DNA from: an uncultured archaeon
GTDB lineage: Archaea; Asgardarchaeota; Thorarchaeia; Thorarchaeales; Thorarchaeaceae
DNA length: 32,000 bases
NCBI GenBank assembly: GCA_964648855.1
Contig: CAZYLT010000012.1
Span: 30,001 to 62,000 of the forward strand
Reading direction: 5' to 3'
Part shown: in pieces, positions 25,811 to 32,000 of the stretch
How the letters are laid out: the number at the start of each line of letters is the position of its first letter
Numbering within the stretch: position 1 is the first letter of the stretch
The notes under the pieces: model-generated
Databases searched by the model: none
Seen by the model: only the letters and a program-made list of their open reading frames with translations
Told to the model about the DNA's origin: nothing
Position numbers and translations under genes: made by a program

Positions 25811-26353
25811 TTATTCTACCTCTAGTTCATTATCAAGAGCCCATTCTAATACTTGTGCAGCCTGTGCACTAGCCATCTCCCAACTTTGAAGATTATTAAC
25901 CAGATTTCGAATCCCCTTTACCCAATCATTCAACAGGTTTTGAATTCTGTTGTATAGACTGGGTTCTTCTGTTTCTTTCATTATTGGGATTAGTTTCCCA
26001 ACAAGGCTTTGAGAGAGGACTAGTATTGTTTCGACACGAGCCACCCATTCTTCTCGAGGTAAGCCAGAAAGTGTCTGTGCTACAGCCAGATGATAATCAT
26101 ATTGAGCAGTGTAGTACCGTAGACGCCAGCTAAGCAACTCAACGAGTATGGTTCTATATGCGTTGCTAGGCGAGGTTTTAACCAGTAAAGTAAGAAACCG
26201 TTCAGTCATTTCATCAGCGGTTTGGCTTGCATCATAGTAGAGAGCCATGGCCTTCTGAAATTCTTCGCTTAATAGAGAATCCTCAGCATCTTGAGCCGCT
26301 TGCTTGAATCTCTTAAGCAGCGACTTTGTCGAGTCCGATTCACTCTCTACCAT
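25811..26353 (-). CDS. Helical-bundle hypothetical protein
   Basis: GGTGA SD before ATG 26353; amphipathic helices throughout. Confidence 0.75.
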   Translation of the reverse strand: MVESESDSTKSLLKRFKQAAQDAEDSLLSEEFQKAMALYYDASQTADEMTERFLTLLVKTSPSNAYRTILVELLSWRLRYYTAQYDYHLAVAQTLSGLPREEWVARVETILVLSQSLVGKLIPIMKETEEPSLYNRIQNLLNDWVKGIRNLVNNLQSWEMASAQAAQVLEWALDNELEVE

Positions 26354-26369
26354 CACAATTTCACCAACA

Positions 26370-26798
26370 TCATGACCCAATGGTCATTTCTTCTAGAGAT
26401 TCTACTTCAGTGTTTAAGATACCCTCTTGTTCGTCAAACCAGTCAATGAGGCTAGACAACTCATTGGAACTACTTAGCAAGAAATATCCTTCCCAAACGC
26501 AATACTCCTCAAGTGGACAAAATCCTGTTGAATGCACAATATTCAGCCCCTCATCCTTTATGTGGTCGTACAGAACCTTCGCTGACTTCGCAAAGAGATC
26601 CAATCTTAAAGAAACCCTGAGAAGAGTGGGAGTTCCCTCTCCGAGAGGTATGGCGCGAATGAAGTTGCTCTTTGAACTTATGAGGAGCATCCGAGTTCCT
26701 TTCTCAATGTTTAGTTCCTCCATGTGACCTGAGATAGATATGGAGTCTTGGTCTATTGGGGAGATAGTACCTCTTGTTAGGCGCCTTATGCCTGCCAT
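26370..26798 (-). CDS. Hypothetical protein, possible AbrB-like N-terminus and ACT-like C-terminus
   Basis: I.I...MEELNIEKG...L (AbrB-like); LYD.IK.EGLNIVHSTGFC.....CVWEGYF (ACT-like with two Cys). Confidence 0.5.
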   Translation of the reverse strand: MAGIRRLTRGTISPIDQDSISISGHMEELNIEKGTRMLLISSKSNFIRAIPLGEGTPTLLRVSLRLDLFAKSAKVLYDHIKDEGLNIVHSTGFCPLEEYCVWEGYFLLSSSNELSSLIDWFDEQEGILNTEVESLEEMTIGS

Positions 26799-27067
26799 CC
26801 TCTGACCTCACTCAAGAATCTCTTTCCACGTTCGATGACAGTATACCTGCCACCATTTTTCATAATCAGGCCTAATGTAGCTAGTAAGGGAATCTTCACA
26901 TCTAGACACGATTGGGAAATAGTGCTCAGACATTTGATTTCGTCATCAGAGCTGCAACCTTCGTTTATAAGGGCAAGAGTCTGAATGCCAAGTTCTCCTA
27001 ACAAATACTTGGTCTGACTAGCATCAATTCTACGTTCGATTATGTCATGTGGAGTATTCATTGTCAA
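26786..27067 (-). CDS. Small winged-helix protein
   Basis: LGELGIQTL.LI..G......I..LS.I...CL.VKIP.L..LGLI......Y.V.ERGK.FL; the start may be ATG 27061. Confidence 0.65.
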   Translation of the reverse strand: MTMNTPHDIIERRIDASQTKYLLGELGIQTLALINEGCSSDDEIKCLSTISQSCLDVKIPLLATLGLIMKNGGRYTVIERGKRFLSEVRGWQA

Positions 27068-27100
27068 TTACAGATTCGTAATTACTTGGTAAAAACTAAG

Positions 27101-28111
27101 CTAGGATGTACCACCAAGTTTGGAGTAGTCGATTTCAGGAATGGGAGGAGGTTCAGTCATCTTGTACTTGTCTGTTGCATCAGTCCATGCAATGAAATCC
27201 TCAGCGGGAGGGGCCGTTTTGTAGAGCTCCGCTCGTTGGGCTTCAAGACACCGGTTTTCCTGCCCTCTAGCCTTAGCGGCTGTGAGAACTCGGTTTTCAG
27301 TTTCCTCAGCGGCTCTTATCACTGGTGCCAACCATTTTTCCCATTCTAGTGATCTCTGGAGATGATGATCAATTACCATCACGGCGGTGGAGGTTGATAA
27401 TGTAGTTGCGGAGAATAGTGCATTTCTTCTATCTTCTTTGGAGAATTTGCTAATGTAGATTGGAGGTCCTCCCACGAGAAGCAAATCAGGTTCTAGTGAG
27501 AGAAAAAGGGATAGTGTACTTCGAGAAACTGGGCCTTGTACATCCGGAGCAAAGAGAACCTTTTGACCATCGTGTTCTATGACAGTGGAGATGACGAAAC
27601 CAAGAAATGTTCCATCAGGCCCATGGGGGATTGCATTCGTGAATCTTATGGTCGTGTCACCAAATTGAAGTGTCTTGCCATCAGCCCACATAATGCTCTC
27701 AGCTATATCTCGTACATCCTTTTCAAAATAGTAGCCCCTCCTTCTCTGAGATGGGTTGATATTCTCTCGATTATCTTTGGCGATGATTCGTTTGTCGTAA
27801 AAAGTAGCTTGAAAATTCTCCGGACTGCTAAAATTGTACCTATAGTTTTCTAAAGAGGGGCGAACATGATCATAATGATAATGGGATACAGTAAGAAGGT
27901 CAGCCTTCTCCGAATATTCCAAAATTTCCATCAGAGCATGATAGAGTGCAATATACTCTTGAGGATGGGGCTCCAATGACATTCTCATTGCGAGAGCAGC
28001 GGACGGATCCATTAGTATGGAAACATCAGGAGTTTCAACAAAGGTACTAAATGACCGCACACCCATACTTTCTGCAGCTATAGGTTTAATCTCAACTGAA
28101 CCAATTTTCAC
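27101..28111 (-). CDS. UPF0282-family metallo-beta-lactamase-fold hydrolase
   Basis: Motifs PIAAESMGVRS..TFVET, SHYHYDH, INPSQRRR, PHG, DVQGP, GGPP.Y, DHHL.R. Confidence 0.9.
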   Translation of the reverse strand: MKIGSVEIKPIAAESMGVRSFSTFVETPDVSILMDPSAALAMRMSLEPHPQEYIALYHALMEILEYSEKADLLTVSHYHYDHVRPSLENYRYNFSSPENFQATFYDKRIIAKDNRENINPSQRRRGYYFEKDVRDIAESIMWADGKTLQFGDTTIRFTNAIPHGPDGTFLGFVISTVIEHDGQKVLFAPDVQGPVSRSTLSLFLSLEPDLLLVGGPPIYISKFSKEDRRNALFSATTLSTSTAVMVIDHHLQRSLEWEKWLAPVIRAAEETENRVLTAAKARGQENRCLEAQRAELYKTAPPAEDFIAWTDATDKYKMTEPPPIPEIDYSKLGGTS

Positions 28112-28605
28112 ACAATATCATCTCTATAGTAATTCAGGTCATAGCCATCTCCAGTGAAGACTAGCTCTGCTTCGTGGTATTCTATCGCCTTGTCTTCATA
28201 TACCGCAAATCGCTGGAACATTTCAAGGTCCGAGGGCAGAAACTCGGCTGATTGCTCTTGTACTGCCTCCCTCGTAAATATCGCCAAATCCCCTTCTCTA
28301 TTTGTATCCTTGAAGTCAAGAACTTTAGCACTTCCGAGAAACATCAAGAAGTGCCCGCTCAATCGGCCCGAGGCATCAATAAGCCGCTCAGAAACAATAG
28401 CATGCAGTTGGTAATCCCTGATGGAGTGTGAAGAGGTTTCTTCTATGATTTCTCTTTCTGCGGCAGAGGGTATATGCTCCCCCATTGCGATTTTGCCACC
28501 AACGAGCGCCCACAAGTTCTCATAAGGAACTTTCTTCCTCCTAATGAATAGAAATCCTTCAGGATGCTGCAGAATTGTTATGGCAATAGGAGTTATTTGT
28601 GTCAA
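28108..28605 (-). CDS. Nudix hydrolase
   Basis: RRKKVPY..LW.LVGGKI..GE....AAEREIIEET (Nudix box), REG.L and PSD; overlaps the next gene through GTGA. Confidence 0.9.
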   Translation of the reverse strand: MTQITPIAITILQHPEGFLFIRRKKVPYENLWALVGGKIAMGEHIPSAAEREIIEETSSHSIRDYQLHAIVSERLIDASGRLSGHFLMFLGSAKVLDFKDTNREGDLAIFTREAVQEQSAEFLPSDLEMFQRFAVYEDKAIEYHEAELVFTGDGYDLNYYRDDIV

Positions 28606-28768
28606 TGATAGCAATCTCCGTAGGTGAAATCAGGTTTATAGCTATGCACCTTTGTATGGGATGCCCTCATATTAAGATGAATGGATTTGGATGTGGGACC
28701 ATTTAATCAGCCTCATCTCTCCATGAAATTGGTCAATTGTATACAAAAGAAATCGGGAATGTTGAAAC

Positions 28769-30238
28769 ATGGCATTAGGGATTGCACCTGGAATCAGGGA
28801 GAGTATTCTTGAGCTCATAGTGCCAACCAGAAAAGAAATCAAACTCCAAGAAAGAATTATTGAGCTATTACACCGCGCACTGAGAGACCAGGCTGAAACC
28901 CTTGCAGTCAATTATGCCTTCATAGAGCCACAAGGATCGACAGGTAAGAAACAGACTCAACTGAGAAACGATGCAGATATTGATCTATTTGTTGGATTAG
29001 ATACTGCAGACTATGAGGAAACACTCTCCCTTAATCCTGAAGATAGAGATAGAAAGCTTGGCAAAACTCTGGATCGCCTTGTGGATACTTGGTTTCGACC
29101 AGTTCTTGAACTGGTTTCTGCAGAGCATATCCAGAAAGCGTATTCTCAACATCCCTATCTAACGGGGAAGATTGAGGGCGTAGATGTTGATATCGTATTC
29201 TGTTTTGACTTGAGCAAACAAGAAATCATGGAAAATGGTCCGATTACTGCCGTTGATAGAACCCCACATCATACGAATTACGTAGCTCAGAAGCTTGATG
29301 ATGAATTGCGTCAGGATGTAAGAATATTCAAATCCTTTGTGAAAGCCGGTTATGGATACGGGGACAGATGCGCGATAGGACGGATGGGTATAACAGGGTT
29401 CACAATTGAAGTCTTGTCCATATATTCGGGAGGTTTCGTTCCAGCCCTAGGGAGATTTCTGAATCTCAAAGATATGCCTCTAGACCCCGAGGGTAGAGCA
29501 TTTGAAGAATTAATGAAGATAGAAGGGCTTCGTGACGACTATTTGATTATAATAGATCCAACAGATACGAATAGAAATGCAGCATCCAGTTTCGATCCGA
29601 GAACTGTGAAATGGACCAACTTGAGAATAAAGGAACTGATGGGCGATCTTGAAATAGAGAACAGCGCTGCTATTATGAATCAAGTGATAGAGAAGCCAAT
29701 ACCTGTCTCCCCGCTGCCACAAAGAATCAAGAAGCATGCTTATGTTTCTGAATTCAAGTCTGATGAAAATCACCATTATACAATTCTACGGGACAAACTC
29801 TACAGTTTGGGAAATAAAATAGAATATTTGCTTGAGAAAGAGAGAACTGGAGAGAGGAGGTTTGGAAAAGCACTCTTTGAAGTCTATTTTGAAGAACCGA
29901 TTTACTCGATAGGCTTTCTTGTAGAATCTCCAAATGTATCCAAGAAATATGAGCGAAGGGGCCCACCAGTTCATCTTTCAGATGCGGTTCATAAGTTCAA
30001 GGAAAAACATGATAGAATCATTGAGAAGGAGGGCTACATCTGGACCACAGAGAAGAGAAAATGGACAAAAGCTTCTGACCTGATTGATTCTAGTATCTCC
30101 GAATATATGCCGAATGGGCTTCATCAATTGCATGAAACAGGAGATGTTTCCAGAAAGACACTCAATGTACTCCATAAGTACATCCTACAAATCGAAACTG
30201 ATTTCACTCTTAACAATGTGGAAGAAGACAGCGAATAA
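28769..30238 (+). CDS. cca: Archaeal class I CCA-adding tRNA nucleotidyltransferase
   Basis: Motifs QGSTGKKQTQLR.DADIDLFV, AYSQHPY, DVDIV.C, TAVDRTPHHT, G.TGF..E.L, IIDPTD.NRNAA and R.GPP. Confidence 0.92.
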   Translation: MALGIAPGIRESILELIVPTRKEIKLQERIIELLHRALRDQAETLAVNYAFIEPQGSTGKKQTQLRNDADIDLFVGLDTADYEETLSLNPEDRDRKLGKTLDRLVDTWFRPVLELVSAEHIQKAYSQHPYLTGKIEGVDVDIVFCFDLSKQEIMENGPITAVDRTPHHTNYVAQKLDDELRQDVRIFKSFVKAGYGYGDRCAIGRMGITGFTIEVLSIYSGGFVPALGRFLNLKDMPLDPEGRAFEELMKIEGLRDDYLIIIDPTDTNRNAASSFDPRTVKWTNLRIKELMGDLEIENSAAIMNQVIEKPIPVSPLPQRIKKHAYVSEFKSDENHHYTILRDKLYSLGNKIEYLLEKERTGERRFGKALFEVYFEEPIYSIGFLVESPNVSKKYERRGPPVHLSDAVHKFKEKHDRIIEKEGYIWTTEKRKWTKASDLIDSSISEYMPNGLHQLHETGDVSRKTLNVLHKYILQIETDFTLNNVEEDSE

Positions 30239-31332
30239 TGCAAAGGAGAAGATTCATGGTGCCAATCAAAGACATAGCAATCATCACACATCCAATGTCA
30301 GGAAACCATATTCCACCTTTTCCTCGACCCCACCTTGAATCATTTGAGGCGCCAATACGCACCCAGATGATGGTTGAGTATCTCAGAAAAGCAGGATATC
30401 TAGGAAAACTCACTAACAAACGAGCACCAAAGGCATCATTCGAAGACATATTGTCGGTGCATTCCCCATATCTATTGGATTCAGTTAGAGTCCTATCGAA
30501 CCTAGGAAGCGGAGTTCTTGGTGAATCGGCTTATGCCAGCCCAGGACTTCTGGATAGTGCCTTATTAGCTGTAGGAGGGGCTGAATATGCAGCAGAATTG
30601 GTTGTCAAAGGACACTTCACACACACTCTCTCCATAATGCGTCCTCCAGGGCATCACGCTTCCAAATCGACCCCATCAGGACTCTGTTACTTCAATAATA
30701 TTGCAATAGCAGTGAGAAAGGTGCAAGAATCAGAATCCGTGAAAAAAGTAAGTATAATTGACACTGACGACCACTTCGGAAATGGAACCTCAGAAATCTT
30801 CTATGCAGACCCTAGTGTGCAGTACATTGGACTACATGAATATGACTATGAGATGTTCGGAGTGGGGCACTATGACGAAATTGGCTATGGAGAGGGACTA
30901 GGTACGAATGTGAATATACCTCTCCTTGAAGGCGCGTCTGATGCTAGTTATTCATCCGCGTTTGAACGCATCGTGATTCCAGCGGTAGAAGCATTTTCAC
31001 CAGACCTGATTGCGATTTCCTTAGGTTTGGATACACATTATGCAGACCCAGTTGGCAACATGAATCTTGATACGTCTAGCTACTATAAGATTGGAATGCA
31101 TATTGATGACCTCACCAAAAGGGCAGATGCATTGGGGAGTTTCAGTGTGCTTGAAGGGGGATATAACCCCATGCTATTGGGCCCGTCTGTTCGGCTCACA
31201 ATAGATGGCCTTACGGGCATCGAGATGGAGAAGATGGATGACCAAATTGACCGGCTACAAGATGAAGAGATAGAGTCTAGCAATGAAGAGATAATATCGA
31301 CTGTTCTCAGTACGATGAAGAAATACTGGTAG
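30238..31332 (+). CDS. Zn-dependent histone deacetylase-family (RPD3/HDA1/AcuC) protein
   Basis: Motifs RPPGHHA, GLCYFNNIAIA, DTDDHFGNGT, NVNIPL, GLDTH.ADP, LEGGY. Confidence 0.95.
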   Translation: MQRRRFMVPIKDIAIITHPMSGNHIPPFPRPHLESFEAPIRTQMMVEYLRKAGYLGKLTNKRAPKASFEDILSVHSPYLLDSVRVLSNLGSGVLGESAYASPGLLDSALLAVGGAEYAAELVVKGHFTHTLSIMRPPGHHASKSTPSGLCYFNNIAIAVRKVQESESVKKVSIIDTDDHFGNGTSEIFYADPSVQYIGLHEYDYEMFGVGHYDEIGYGEGLGTNVNIPLLEGASDASYSSAFERIVIPAVEAFSPDLIAISLGLDTHYADPVGNMNLDTSSYYKIGMHIDDLTKRADALGSFSVLEGGYNPMLLGPSVRLTIDGLTGIEMEKMDDQIDRLQDEEIESSNEEIISTVLSTMKKYW

Positions 31333-31431
31333 GATATGCCATTTGTTGAGTGAATCCAAGACGTTATGAACAGGTTTTTAGGCGCAGCCGTTGAGCCTCG
31401 AAAAGAAGTAAAGTTTTGGTGGAGAACCATT

Positions 31432-31713
31432 ATGGCTAAGAAAAGAAAATCCGGTGGCCGTACAAAAGGCAAATCCGGAAGGTCAAAGTCAGTACAGTGT
31501 TCTAAGTGTGGGAGAATGGTCCCAGTTGATAAGACCAAGAAACAAACCAAGAGAGTTTCTCTGGTGGATTATCAACTTGCTAGAGACCTCCGCAAACAAG
31601 GCGCATATGTACCAACCAAGAAAATCACTCGGTACTATTGCATTAGCTGTGCAGTCCACACCGGCAAGGTTCAGATACGAGAAGAATCAGAACGCAAATC
31701 TCATCTGAGATAG
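31432..31713 (+). CDS. rps26e: Small ribosomal subunit protein eS26
   Basis: MAKKRKSGGRTKG..GR...VQCSKCGR.VP.DK...YYCISCAVH...V.IR; start corrected to ATG 31432, after GGAG. Confidence 0.97.
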   Translation: MAKKRKSGGRTKGKSGRSKSVQCSKCGRMVPVDKTKKQTKRVSLVDYQLARDLRKQGAYVPTKKITRYYCISCAVHTGKVQIREESERKSHLR

Positions 31714-31801
31714 CACTTGCACATATTATCTCACAATGACCTCCCTAGCAACAAGATTAATGCAAATACTCTGAAGTTTGCAGCATTAGATGGTATGCCA
31801 A

Positions 31802-32000
31802 ATGGCTAGTTCCACCTTGAGTTTCAGGTTCATCCATGTTTTTTCGGGTATACCAGCCAAACCAGATTTCCATCTCAAAGACCTACCAGGATCCGGTAAC
31901 CGTATTGATATACTGTGTAGAGGATTAGCAGCTTGCTTTGGCTGGGCTCCCGAGTTGATTAGGAGGGAAAATATTCAGTACTATGCCGTATTGTCGGATG
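31802..32000 (+). CDS. trmY: tRNA (pseudouridine54-N1)-methyltransferase-like SPOUT protein; runs off the window end
   Basis: My translation MASSTLSFRFIHVFSGIPAKPDFHLKDLPGSGNRIDILCRGLAACF...IRRENIQYYAVL matches the TrmY/DUF358 N-terminal motif DF.L.DLPG..GR.D.LCR. It is absent from the ORF track. Confidence 0.75.
   Translation, partial: MASSTLSFRFIHVFSGIPAKPDFHLKDLPGSGNRIDILCRGLAACFGWAPELIRRENIQYYAVLSD

Noticed and set aside
1-32000. CRISPR arrays, IS elements, integrases, rRNA or tRNA genes
   Set aside because: No regularly spaced direct repeats, transposase or integrase motifs, terminal inverted repeats or tRNA/rRNA signatures were seen by eye.

Overview
Gene-dense chromosomal window from an Asgard archaeon, most likely Thorarchaeia (inferred from gene content, not from a search). 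It contains archaeal housekeeping genes (coaBC 3' end, rtcB, tmk, short XPF, ino1, TET peptidase, class I CCA enzyme, HDAC, rps26e, trmY 5' end). These are mixed with eukaryotic-signature-type proteins: a roadblock protein, three small GTPases, two longin/uDENN-like fusions, a TPR protein and a PCI-like protein. The ORF track misses three things. (1) selD is one 347-aa selenoprotein (7108-8151, minus) with an in-frame UGA in G-U-S-C-K, and a eukaryote-like SECIS candidate whose core appears to use the gene's own UGA stop codon. (2) The ~690-nt gap at 13559-14247 holds a densely base-paired, probably pseudoknotted RNA on the + strand, antisense to both neighbours, that I cannot assign to a known family. 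(3) The Rab-like GTPase probably starts at AUU. I saw no mobile elements, CRISPR arrays, tRNAs or rRNAs. All calls come from reading motifs by eye; no searches or folding programs were run.
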